64,000 nucleotides of DNA, taken from contig OZ024745.1 in the NCBI GenBank assembly GCA_964016885.1, forward strand, positions 122,760,001 through 122,824,000, read 5' to 3'. Source of the DNA: Eledone cirrhosa. Its lineage: Eukaryota. Shown piece by piece: positions 51,159 through 63,814 of this stretch (position 1 is its first letter; every line of letters starts with the position of its first letter). Below the pieces are notes generated by a model. That model did not search any database. It was not told where the DNA came from and worked only from the letters and a program-made list of their open reading frames with translations. The position numbers and the translations under genes were made by a program.

Positions 51159-51888
51159 TAAGATCTGTCCAAAAGTATTAAAACTTAGGTTGGGAAAAAA
51201 ATTACATATTCAGTAATTGTTACTCCCCTTTGAAGTAGACCTTTTATGTTTCAACACAGTTAGCCTAGCAATCTTTCCACTGTACAAAGTATGTCTAGAA
51301 ATCTTCTTCCAAAATGGGTCTCAGTTCTGCTGCCAGAGTCTGCATGATGTTCTTTCAGCTCTCAAACAAGTGAAGAGATATTTCTAGAAAGTTGGGAACC
51401 TGGCAAATGAGTAAAATACTTTTGACAAGAAACCTTGAACCAAGTGTAACAAATGAGCCAAGGTGTTGTCGTAAAGACCCTATCAATTTTGTGAAGCCCA
51501 CTGTAGCTGAAGAAAATACTCAACATCACCATTTGGTTCTGCATTTGATGTGTTTTTTGGGGAGCCTTGGTGATATTGGATGCTTCTACTGTGATGACTG
51601 AGCTTTGATTTCTGGGTCTTACGAGGTCATCCATGTCTCATCCCCAGTTATCACAGTATTCAGGAACTTGGGGTTCTTATTGGCAGTATCAGGTGAAATA
51701 AAAGTGCAATGAGTAAATCGCACAGAACCTCACATGCTGATTGCCTGACAGTGATTGGAATATCCAGTGAAATCACAAAAAGCAACATGTGTTCATGAAT
51801 GTGGCTTTTCTCTCCACACTTTTGTCTCCCTAACCTTGATACTTCTCACAGGAAAAAATAAAGTTGAATACTTTTTCAACGGACTTTG
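51159..51888 (-). mobile_element. Decayed, internally deleted mariner
   Basis: Minus-strand VITGDETW (51631-51654), DPEIKAQS-like and VMLSIFF segments, YFKGE-like end; decayed TIRs (AAGATCTGTCCAAAAGTATT / AATACTTTTTCAACGGACTTTG). Confidence 0.75.
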
Positions 51889-52008
51889 TATTTCTGAAAA
51901 CCAAAGCTTTTTTTTTATCAGTCACTCACACCAATTGTTGTGACGACGTAGACCCTCAAAGGTGAATGTGTGATGAGATTAACTTTCTCATTATTAATAC
52001 ACCTACAA

Positions 52009-52413
52009 AGGCAGTGGACTGGCAAAGTCAGTAGAGTGTTGGACAACATGCATTGCAGCATTAGTTATGGACCTTTACATTCTGAGTTCAAATCCTACCA
52101 AGGTTAACTTTGTCTTTCATTCTTATGGATAATAAATCACCGGTAACGCACTGGGTTGATTTAATCACCTTTCTCCTACTCCAAAATTGTTGGCCTTGTG
52201 CTAAATCATAAACCATTATTAATTTGATATAAATTGGCAGTATCGGTAGAGGGTTGGACGCCATGCTTTCCAGCATAGTTATGTCCCTTTACGATCTGAG
52301 TTCAAATCCCTCTGAGGTTGACTTTGCCTTTCATCCTTACGGGGTCGATAAAATAAAGTACCAGTAATGCACTGGGTAATTGCTGGCCTTGTGCCTAAAG
52401 TAGAAACAATTAT
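52009..52413 (+). mobile_element. Old SINE group B (52009-52220) followed by a younger copy (52234-52413)
   Basis: Younger copy flanked by ATTATTAATTTGATATAA at 52215 and 52409. Confidence 0.85.
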
Positions 52414-52834
52414 TAATTTGATATAAGAACCATATGTTTAATTACTACTTTATTAATGAAATAATTAATAATTTTAGTAAATCCCTCTCAAAATTCTTCA
52501 TTAATTAATTGAAAGAGTGTGTATTTCCTTAGAAATATGGCCACGAAAGGGTTAATATCACTCTAATTTATGCAGAAGCTTTTAGTGCTGGCAGACTTCC
52601 AAAGTTTTAATAATTTAAATCTATGATTATTAAAGTTACTATCAGCCTCAAGCTAATTTAAAGTCAATGACATCCAAAGATATTAAAGAGAATTTCTAAC
52701 GTATGTTTAATATGTGAAATATTACTGATCCATCCATCAGGTCAATCTCAAAAATCAAATTACAATCCAATAAACTGATCATATATACATACATATATAT
52801 ATATATATATATATGTATAAGAATATGTGTGTAT

Positions 52835-52866
<32 letters not shown>

Positions 52867-52940
52867 CGTTTTGTGTGTGCATACATATGTATGAATGATT
52901 CTATGTGTGTATGCTGATCAGTTTATTGGATTAAAGTATG

Positions 52941-52978
<38 letters not shown>

Positions 52979-53116
52979 ATATATATATATTTAATATGGA
53001 AATGGCTTCTACAGGACTAGAACTGTTTCATTTGAAGGAAATCATCAGTAAAGCCGACTGTCAATGTGATATGGTAGTATTTATACATTTTCCGGTGGTA
53101 AGGGAAGGTGATATAT

Positions 53117-53149
<33 letters not shown>

Positions 53150-53252
53150 TGAAATTTGTAGGACCCTGACAGCTGACCTCTTGCCTTTTCAACAGTTAGA
53201 TCCAAACTAGTAATGGTCTAACAGGTTTTTACTGCATCCTTTTATATATATA

Positions 53253-53593
53253 TTCATTCATTCATTCATTTCATTTTACATCCGCTTTTCCTTGCTTGCA
53301 AGGGTGGGACGGGAACTGATTCTGGCTTGATTTCTACATGGATGCCCTTCCTAACACCAACCTCATTTACAGTGAGTGCTGGGTGCTTTTTTTCCGTGGC
53401 ACCTACACGTCCACTTTGCAGTGGAATGATAGGGACCCAGTCCCTATCATCTCATTTCTACAGCTGAGTAAACTGGAGCAATGTGAAATAAAGTGTCTTG
53501 CTCAAAGAAAAAACACATCACCCGGTCTGAGAATTGAACTCACAACCTTTCGATTGCAAGGCCAATGCTCTAACCACTAAGCCATGTGCCTCC
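53253..53593 (-). mobile_element. SINE group A tail 3 (short, LINE-like tail)
   Basis: Reverse-complement homologue of 22917-23299; (GAAT)n tail. Confidence 0.9.
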
Positions 53594-53715
53594 ATATATA
53601 TATATTACCTGTGTGTGTATTTCTTATTAAAGGAAAATTCTCTTCTCTAAATGTAGGGAAGAAATGGAATGAAACATTCTATAAGGATTTTGATGATGGT
53701 TGGTACAAAATTTAA

Positions 53716-53961
53716 CCTTTCATTACCATATCTATAATAAAAGACAGTACCTGTGATCATTATATAACTGATAAAAATCACAAATTCGGAGATATTTAGT
53801 AAAATAACTTTCTCAATATTAAGCTGGTTTGTGGGGCATGATTTAGGAAATTTTGCATAAAATTCAGTTGGAAAGTTTTTAGATAAATATAAAAACTATG
53901 AAAGAAACCAGTTTGTATCATAGAACCAGAGATAGTTTTAGTTGGTTTGGTATGAGAAGGG
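53716..53961. mobile_element. MITE family 2
   Basis: TTAA|CCTTTCATTACCATA ... GAGAAGGG|TTAA. Confidence 0.7.
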
Positions 53962-56658
53962 TTAAGACAAAAGCATCTAATCACTAATCATATTCATTGT
54001 GTTCATTTAATTATGTTTGTGTAAATACTTGTATTGCAACAAAAATTATTTTTTCTTTACAAACAAAATAAATCAAAGATTCTGTTGTAAAAGCAGAAAA
54101 TATATTTTGAAATATAAATCTTTCATTCTTTTATTCGATATATATTGAAAGTAATAGATAATATACCATTATAGAAAATGAAGAAAAATCCTATAATTCT
54201 ATCTTTTTTATATGGGGTGAAAATAAAGACGTATAGAGAACAAAAGACTTTATATATATACTTTATATATTCTTTCTTTGAAAATGTCCCCTGTGTGATG
54301 TCCTGGTTGACAGATATTTGCTGCAACAATGCTAGATATGAAAACATTTTTCATTCAATTAAACATTAATAATGTTACAGTATCGTTAATTTATCCAATA
54401 TCCGAAAAACTGTCAATAAAGTTCAAGGAGTTTTCCCCAATCAATAAATTCTCTCATCCATACACAATGAAATGTTGGAATCATTTAGTTGTAACATTTA
54501 ACTGGCAGAGAAAAACAAAACAAAACAACTTTGTTCCCAAACATAGATTTAACTGAATAGGCAGTCAGTCATTCAGAACTCTGATAACTTCTGATCAGCA
54601 TGGTGTTGTTTAATCTGCTTTAATTTTTCTATAGTATATCTTTATATGATTTGATTTGATTATTTGATTTTAATATCATGAAAAGACCTTTAACAAGAGT
54701 CAACCTAGAAAAAATAATTGCCGATAATATTGAATTTTGAATCTGATATTAATTCAGTCTTTATTAATTTCTTATAAAAACACTGACTCAGATTTAAAAC
54801 AAAAGGTTGTAAAATTTATCCATGGGCTTCTGATTGTGTCTTGAAGAAGTCATAATTATACATGGCATGTTTTGGACATTTGAAATTTTATGGAGCCCAT
54901 ACCCCCCATGCTAGAGCACAGCCAATTACTTCCAAAGAAAGAAGAGAGATAGAGAAAAAGGAAAGGAAAGGAAAGGTTGACTCCAGCATTTTACTGGTAC
55001 TTTATATATCGAGTATGAAAGTCATTGTTGACCTCAGGAGGATTTGAACTCAGAGTGCAGAGAACTGAAATGAACACATTAAAGCTTTCTTTTCAGCATT
55101 TTATTATGCCACCTTCTGAAGTTTATACTATCTCAAAAGAGTCTTGGAAAGGCTCGAATTTCAAAAACTTCCACTTCTTATATTATTATAAATATATTCT
55201 CATCACTTAATATTTGATGGTTCCTTTTCTCATATAAAAATGTCTTCTTCAAAGTAAAACCTTTCACCTTTGTATAAGATTTGAAGGAAATATTTTATAT
55301 ATCATACCTAATTAAGTTCCAATGTGTGTACTTGGTGTAGAATAGATACATCATATCCGTGTATATCATTGGAGGTAACTAAAAGGGTTATCACCAGGAA
55401 GGACATCTAGCTGAATACAATTGCCTAACAAATAACCCAATGATTAGTATGAAGCCCATCATTGGGTCTGCAAGGCTAGTCATTTCTTTAGCAAGGAAAT
55501 TAGTCAGAGAATATTAAATATTATTATTGTAGATAACTAGAATGTATGCGTCCAATGTTTTATTATTAGTTTTTTTTTTCAGTTTAGCTTTGTTTTAATA
55601 TTTTGTGAACAACTTTATTGCTGTTTCTGAACATTTCTTTTCTCCTTCTTCTTCGCCCACTTATTCCTGCAACTTCTCTTTTCAGGTCAAAGTAATACTG
55701 AATTTTTCTCATATATTCTGTTATTACCTAGATCAGCTATAACTATTATCGGGTAATGTCTTTTCTTTTTGAAATTGATAACGATGTTTGGTCTTTTTGC
55801 CTCAATAACATTATCATGCTGACTGTTAAAATCTTACAACAACTTAACTTTCTATTTCACCTTCACTGTATCAGGTTGATGTTCATACCACCTATCACAT
55901 CTGTCAAAATCATAATTTCCACCCACATAATTTCCTATGGATAATATTGTCATGCATCCATTTATATTCTCTTTGTGTAAGTTTACTGCATTAGCTTATA
56001 TGGCTAATGATTTCACCTTTTTCCATACAGAGTCTACATAAGGGTTAGTTAATATTTGTATTGATATGATATTTCACATAGTTTGTTAGGAATGGATTCC
56101 AATCATAGAAAACCAAGCCCAAAACAGATCATATGAGAAAAACCTGTTTACCAGACCTGGTTACCTGATCTGTCTAGCCTCATAACATGACAGCCCATCT
56201 ACCACATGCAAGCATGGATAATAAATGTTAAATATTAAAGATGATGATGACGATGTTCTAAGTGCTTGTTCTTATGCTGTAAAGATTATTCCTTCAGTTC
56301 CAAGCGTTAAGATCCGATTTTCACATCCATTCCTTCGCCTCTTATTTATCCACATCATTAGTTATATCTCTGTCAGACTGTTCATTACTTTTTCACTTTA
56401 GCAACATCTCTTTTTTTATTCTATTCTGTTTCTCTTATATTTATCTTTATCAAGGCCATTTGCAGTCTCGATCTGACCAGAGACATTTGTACCAACCAAC
56501 AGCAGTTCTCATCTATTTCCTAACATTCTAGAATGATCTTTTCATTATTACCTTCCTCACAAATTAACAAAACTCTTCTATTTTTCCTAAAACCTCTGAA
56601 TGTCACTTTCCAAATATAATGCCCCTTGAATTAACATCAATTCAAGGGGCATTATACT

Positions 56659-56853
56659 AGGCAGTGGATTAGCAGTATCAATAGAGCGTCAGACACCATG
56701 CTTTGCAGCACAGAGTCATGGTCCTTTACGTTCTGAGTTCAAATCCCACGGAGATTAACTTTACCTTTCATCCTTATGGGGTCGATAAAATAAAGCACCA
56801 GTAATGCACTGGGGTAATTGCTGGCCTTGTGCCAAAAGTAGAAACAATTATTA
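56659..56853 (+). mobile_element. SINE group B, full length
   Basis: GGCAGTGGATTAGCAGTATC head to AGAAACAATTATTA tail. Confidence 0.9.
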
Positions 56854-57627
56854 CTTTCCTCATCACAAATTATCAAAACTTCTATTTTTCTTAAAGCCTT
56901 TGAATGTCATATTCTCCTTGAATTGTCATCAATTTCTATATTTTTCTGTTTAGCTTCTGGATTTCTACTTTGAGTATCCCTGCATCATACCTAATTCCTG
57001 ATAATGGCCTGATGTTATTTATCATGTTTCTTTCATATATGTTTCTCACACCAATGTTAATCTCCTCAGCTATTCTATTCCAAATAGTTATTTTATTTCA
57101 TTCTCCTTGATCTTGTCAATTTCTAGAATCTCTAACTACTTATATTCCACAATTGTTGATTTTGCTGTTCATCTTGTAGGGTCATTAAAATAAGTATCAG
57201 TCAAGTGAGGTTGCTTAAATCAATTGCACCCACTCCTCAAAAGTTATGCTTTGTGTCTAAATTAGAAATTATCATTAAATATTTTAAACTTAATCATTGG
57301 ACCCTCATGTAATCATCATCACCCGCTTCACAGTTTAATGTCCATTTTTCCATGCTAGCATGGGTTAGATGAGAATTAATATTATATACATATAAAGGGT
57401 TAAAAGGAATCTTTAGTTATGTCAAAGACATGACAACCTCTCTTGGTTGGTAGGTAAGACAATAAAATAAACTCACAAGTACACAGGAAAATATATAAGA
57501 AAGATGTAAGCCCCAAGCCCATCTGAGAGGTTAGAAGTTTCACTTGTGTTCTGAAGATGGAATTTAAATGATTATGTATATATATATATCATCATCATCA
57601 TCATCATCATCATTTAACGTTAAATGA

Positions 57628-57679
<52 letters not shown>

Positions 57680-58184
57680 TTACAGTAAATATTGATGTAA
57701 TTCAATTCAGGCACTCAACGTTCTTTTTCCACATAGGAATGATGGAGTATATTTAGAATAAGAAAATGTGAAGTAGTTGCAGATGTTATAATCCTCTATT
57801 GATAAGGCTGTGATACATATTTCAATGGCAACAGTGGACATGCGATTCTGTGTACCCAGTGCCATGATCTCATCAGATAGCATCTTACATAAGAAGGTTA
57901 CGTTCCCAAGGCAATCCAAATTGAAACGTCAAACCTTGAAATTTGATTTCTATTTCTAGCAGGCTGATTAACTATGTAAAGCTCCTGTGTCATTTCATAA
58001 ACTTCCTTGCTCAATTGGTCTGTTTTAAAAGTTGGACTGATCATAGTTAGTCACTGATTTTGGAGTATGGTTGCACTATTTATTACTGAAATGTCTGTTT
58101 ACACCCTTGTATCTTTGTCTAGTAAGCATAGTCATTAACTATGTTATGTTAGTTTACATATGATTTGGTTATTACTAAACATTT

Positions 58185-58462
58185 GGCACATGGCCTAGTG
58201 GTAAGAGTGTTGGACTTACGATCATAATGTCGTGGGTTCGATTCCTGGGCTGTGTGTTGTGTTCTTGAGCAAAACACTTCATTTCACGTTGCTCCAGTAT
58301 ACTCAGCTGAAAATGAGTACCAGCAATAGCTGGAGGTTTAACCCTGCGATGGACTGGCGTCCTGTCCAGGGAGGAGTCTTGTACTCTCAGTCGCTTCATG
58401 CCATGAAACCGGGATAAGCACCGGCCAAATGAGCCTTCTGGCTTAAGACAGACTTTAGACTT
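58185..58462 (+). mobile_element. SINE group A tail 2
   Basis: A box TGGCCTAGTGG, B box GGTTCGATTCC; homologous to 16138-16419. Confidence 0.9.
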
Positions 58463-60467
58463 TTTTAGAAACATCTACCAGTACTTTATTAATTTAACAC
58501 ACTAATCACATCACCTATATTTGGGCTTACTCTTGTGACAAGTACTTGAATTTTGTACTTCTATTACAAGGCTTCTTTCTCATTTTTGAGTTTGTTGAAT
58601 ATTTTGACAGAAATAGAAGTGGTTATTTGCAAATGTTTACTGTTTATGGTAATCTTTAATTACATTCCTAAATCATACTGAAATGTCAATATACATTTCT
58701 ATTTGCATATCCCATTCCTCACACAACTGGGGATATATAACCAGTTTATGTCTACACTTTAGACCTGATACATTGCATAGTGGTCATCAGTTTTCTAGTT
58801 TTACAATATATCCCAATGGTTTTATTTATTGATTTGCCTGCTTTGTAAAGTGGAGTGGAACTGGGGTTATACTTTTGTTCAGTGAGTTCTTTAACATTGA
58901 AGGTGGTAGGGGCCAAAAGAGATGTCTAACTGAGAATTATTTACATCATATTTTGGCAAGAAAGAAGTCAGTCAATTATAAAATTATTGACGAAGCTAAT
59001 ACTTATTTAACAAATAATAAAAAATAAAAAGGAAGGGAAACAAATGAAATTGTGAAAGTAAGGTAAAGAGAGAAGGTAGTGGTAGATTTTACATCCCAGT
59101 CTAAGTGATATGCAGACATGGTTAAGCTTTGCAGCCTCATAGCTTCAGGTTCAGTCTCAATGCATGGCACATTGCACAACTTTGTTTTATTATAGTCTTG
59201 GGATTACCAGTGCCTGTGAGTCAAATGTGGTAGATGGAAACTATAAAATGAACAATAGGAAACAGTTTGAATAGAAATTATATTTGCTATGCACACACAT
59301 GTGATAATTCATTAATAAGATAGAGCTATTGAATTGAGCAGAATATTCACTGTTAGAATTAACCAAGTGAGCGAGACACAATAACAGGTCACAAGGGAAT
59401 AAATAGATGCTACATATTCATTTAATGAGAATAAGTTCCTTTCCCACTAGATTTAACTATGCTAGAATATATTACAAAAGTGATTTGAGTATAATATCTA
59501 AATAATGTAACATTAATTGAAATCTAACATCAAGATATATAAACATTAGCTATATGGATGCTTGCATTGTTTTATTGTTGTGCAATTCACATAAAGATCC
59601 ATGTAATTAACTGTAAGTTTAAACAAGCTCTATTTTAACTATTAATCAAATATAATAAACATTCAAATATTGATATAGGATAGCTTAACTTACAAAGCAA
59701 CTAGGAATCTGAAAGATATCAAAATAGATTTCATGAGATGCATTAACAATGAACCAGGAATACTTATTTTGATAAATTAATTGTATTTTAAGTGAAACAA
59801 AGGAATTCAATAGATTTCCCAAGTTTAGGGAGCTGTATGACTAAAAGTAATAGAAGTAAACATTTTTTTTTTCAAAATGTATATTGATCTTACTCTTCTC
59901 ACTCTCAAAAAATAGTGCAGCCTGTATTGAAATTACCATAAATGCCAAATGCCAAAATATAATAGTACTAGAATTTTTTTCCATATGCTGACCCATATGT
60001 GTATAAATACACAAATACAGACACACTTACAAAAATACACACTCACAGACATACACTCACGTTCACACAAACACATACACATACATTTACACAAACACAT
60101 ACACATACATTCACACACCGTGTAGTTTTTCCACCATCCCCTTTCTTCCTTTTACATACACATACATTTACGCAAGTAGCAGGAGTAAAGAGAGAGGAGC
60201 AGTATGAGGTAGTCAAACTACTACTCTCTCTTTACGTGTTGTGACAGAATCGCAGAAATTTGTATATAGATGTTATTTGCAGGGAATGAAGAAACTAGAT
60301 CATTTGTTATCAGATTAAAAGTGCCTCTCACTGAAATATTCCTTTCTTTAATTATGACAAACTAGCATACCTATATATATTTTTGTTTCTACTCTATTGA
60401 CTCGTGCTTATATAAATTCTATAATTTGTGTTGAAATAACTGCTTGATTTTTGCTGCATTACGTTAA

Positions 60468-60684
60468 CCCATTAGCATTTACATTACTCTATATTTACTA
60501 TATTTCATGGTAAAGGCTTTATCTCACATAATTATCTCACATAATATCGAATCTATGATATTTTGATATTATTTATTTTAAGAACAATACCTTAACATCA
60601 GTACGAGTGGCCAGTTACAGCCAGTTTGAACAGAAAAAGGTGAGAGAATTCTGGCTGGATATGGCTGGTTTAAATGCTAAAGGA
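60468..60684. mobile_element. MITE family 1
   Basis: TTAA flanks; body homology. Confidence 0.85.
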
Positions 60685-60724
60685 TTAAGGATTCCAGAAA
60701 TTGTTTATAAATTTATCTGCAAAA

Positions 60725-60938
60725 TAATAACGGTTTCAGATTTAGGTGCAAGGCCAGCAAATTTGGGGGCAGGGGAAAGTCAATTAAATCGACCTCAGTG
60801 CATGACTGGTACTTTATTTTATCGACCCTGTAAAGACGAAAGGCAAAGCTAACCATGGCGGGATTTGAACCCAGGATGTAAAGGGCCGTATCTTTATGCT
60901 GCAAAGCATGTTGTCCAACACTTTATTGCTACTGCCGA
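60725..60938 (-). mobile_element. SINE group B (long subtype)
   Basis: Homology to other copies. Confidence 0.8.
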
Positions 60939-61569
60939 GTTTTAACAAAATATGAGAAATGTTTCTTCACTAACATTTGTCAATAAGTTATTTGATGGAA
61001 TGCAATCGGGAACGTTTTATTCTGACTTTAAAATGTGTATTTAAAAGTAAATTGGCAACCAAATTCTTCATCTGTCTTAAAGTCTTTCATTACATTTCTT
61101 TAATGAGTTTATTAGAATCAAAAGAAAACACGTAGTATAATAAATTTACAGTGATTTAGTTCACTCTGTAAAGTAGGTTGGAAAGAAAGGAAATGAGAAC
61201 GGTTCAATAGATGAGTGGAATATTGCCCAGAGAGTGGATGACAAATAATGATTTGCAGAGAATGATGAGAATAGAGCGAGTGATAAATGTCGGGAATAGA
61301 AATAGAATGAGATGGTTAGGTCATGTGTTGAAGAAGGATGAAATGTAAGGTGAGAAGAATGGTGAAAATTAATGTAGAAGGAAATAAAGAAAGTAAGGAA
61401 GATGTGGCTAAAAATGAAAGCGAGGGGGCAGATGAAGGGGGAATGCAGATTATAGAGATTATTGAAAAAATAGAGAAACTTGTAATAGAGCTGAGAAAGC
61501 TAACCCTGGCTTAGCAGTAAAAACATCCTTAAAACACATTGTTTTGTCATCAATATAAAACTAAATAGG

Positions 61570-61760
61570 GTGGTGGGTTGGCAGTATTGGTAGGGCATCA
61601 GATGCCATGCTTTTCAGCATAGAGTTATGACCCTTTACCTTCTGAGTTCAAATCCCACTGAGGTTAACTTTGCCTTTCATCCTTACAGGGTCGATAAAAT
61701 AAAGTACCAGTAATGCACTGGTATAATTGCTGGCCTTGTACCAAAAGTAGAAACAATTAA
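61570..61760 (+). mobile_element. SINE group B
   Basis: Homology to other copies. Confidence 0.9.
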
Positions 61761-62193
61761 TTTAGATAAAATTTAACAATAAGTCATATGATATTGATTT
61801 TAAAAAGTGTATATAGAGGTAAAATGATATCGAAATTCTTCATTAAAAACTTCTTTCATTACATTTCTTTCAAGCAATATTTTCTCTATTTATATTTTAA
61901 CTGTTTAGTTGTGGAGGTATTGAGCAATACCTGTTTGTACCCTTTCAGGGTACCCAAGACTGGAGGGGGAGGGCCAAAAAGCTTTCTGAAACTTGGGAAC
62001 ATAAGGGACTACGACTACCACCCAAGTTATATCCACAATCAATATAACAACTAGAAACAATGTAGTGTGGTAAATTTACTAATTAATTAAATTCATTTAC
62101 AGCAATCAAATCAAGATTGAGGTCAATGTTTTGCCATAAAATAACCTGTAACCATCCTTATGTCAAACAACTATTTATTTACATTACTCTTGA

Positions 62194-62665
62194 GTGCTAC
62201 TGGTAGCATGTAACCCAGTACAACATGTTGCATGGCCGGGTCGTTGGCGACTAGACCGGCAACCCCACCAAGTTTACTTGGTGGGGAGGGTGATTTTGGC
62301 CACCCTGCAGGACAAAAAACAAAACCTGACAAAGGGCGGAAGAACTCATAAGAGTCAATGGCCATCTAAAAAAAAAAATATCCTGCCAAATCAATGGGTG
62401 GCAGTAGTTCCAGCTGCACGCATTGAAAGACTGGTGTAGTGGTTCTGAGAACAATGCGGCTTTTCAGATGATCAATGCAAATTAACAAAAGAAAGGCACT
62501 CCCGCTCGAGTTAGAAGAGAACTATTGACCTTCAGGAGAAGCAGTGACCCCTGATTGTATTCAGCAACCAAAACAAATATGAAGTACACCAAATCCAATG
62601 CTCCAAGGGGTGGCCCTGGTTCTTCTTATTTGTGAGTGTAAACTCGGCCAGATTAGATTAGATTG
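62194..62665 (+). mobile_element. Retroelement sharing the 5' head of 43664-44255 but with a different 3' half
   Basis: 62194-62370 aligns to ~43672-43842; ends in (AGATT)n. Confidence 0.6.
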
Positions 62666-62719
62666 AATACGTCTGATATTAACATATTTCAATATTTAAT
62701 AAAACGTAGCATTCAGAAT

Positions 62720-63445
62720 AAGAACAGGGTGATAAAGTTCCAGGGTCTATTTATTACCTTTGTGGGTAATAAAGAGATTCTGTCGTTGAGTGAAGGGTAT
62801 TTTGTAGTATGTCTGTTGTTGAGTGAAGGGTATTATGTAGTATGTCTGTCGTTGAGTGAAGGGTATTTTGTATGATGTCTGTCGTTGAGTGAAGGGTATT
62901 TTGTATGATGTCTGTCGTTGAGTGAAGGGTATTTTGTATGTTGTTTGTCGTTGAGTGAAGGGTATTTTGTAGTATGTCTGTCGTTGAGTGAAGGGTATTT
63001 TGTATGATGTTTGTCGTTGAGTGAAGGGTATTTTGTATGATGTTTGTCGTTGAGTGAAGGGTATTTTGTATGATGTCCGTCGTTGAGTGAAGGGTATTTT
63101 GTATGATGTTTGTATATAGAATGTAATGTTGCAGACTGGAAAGAAATGAAGCAAGCATTCTCTGCTGGATGTGTAACATTAGTGTACATTAACAACAAAG
63201 CACAGATGTGTTGAAAGAAAATTGGAGTATAAGAGGAATGAGATGTCGTGTGCAAGAGAGAAGACTGTGCTGATACAGGTATGTAATGTGCATAAGTGAT
63301 GACAGTTGGGTAAACAAGGATATTAGCTGGAAGGAAGCTATAAAAGAAGAAGTCTAAGAAAAACATGGAAAGAAAGTGGTGAAAGCTTATCTCAGAAGGC
63401 TGAACCACAGAAACGAGATGACAGACAAAGGAAATGCAATAAATT
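62720..63445 (+). mobile_element. Decayed RTE LINE fragment containing a minisatellite
   Basis: Residual LERNEASIL.WMCNI...ERRL..Y..VM motifs as in 49572-49981. Confidence 0.7.
62779..63113. repeat. 33-bp minisatellite, 10 units
   Basis: Unit TCTGTCGTTGAGTGAAGGGTATTTTGTATGATG; 11-aa periodicity in ORF track. Confidence 0.95.
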
Positions 63446-63814
63446 GTCAACTATGGCCTTTTTGCTGATTAAATCTATTGCCCAAATAGCTCACAGTGGC
63501 AGTTGAACACAGAATGCAAAGGGCTTTGACAAATACTGCAAAGCACTTCTTACATTCTAATAATTCCACTATACTGTTACTCTAAACTTTTACTTTATTT
63601 ATCAACCTTTTTATTGACGAAAAACAAATCTAACTTCATCAATATTTGATCTCAGAATACGAAAAGTCAGAATATACACCACAATGAATTTTCTTCAATA
63701 TTTAAACTCTTCTGCAAATTTTGGTAATGTCAGGATAATCTTGCTTAATAAGGGTAAAACTATATGAGAATGATAGAGATCTAAGGTCCGTCCCTCCAAT
63801 TTCTGTAACATTAA

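Noticed and set aside
55671-55700. Possible splice acceptors (also 24890-24903 and 42065-42079)
   Set aside because: Pyrimidine tract plus AG only, with no convincing downstream open frame and donor.
58185-58262. tRNA gene (also the other A-box/B-box heads)
   Set aside because: No closed acceptor stem, and each continues into a SINE body and tail present in several copies.
60205-60226. let-7 family miRNA (TGAGGTAGT)
   Set aside because: Only the first 9 nt match, and they lie across the hairpin loop rather than on an arm.
62747-63450. Repeat-protein ORFs or CRISPR
   Set aside because: 33-bp tandem repeat with no spacers, inside a LINE remnant.
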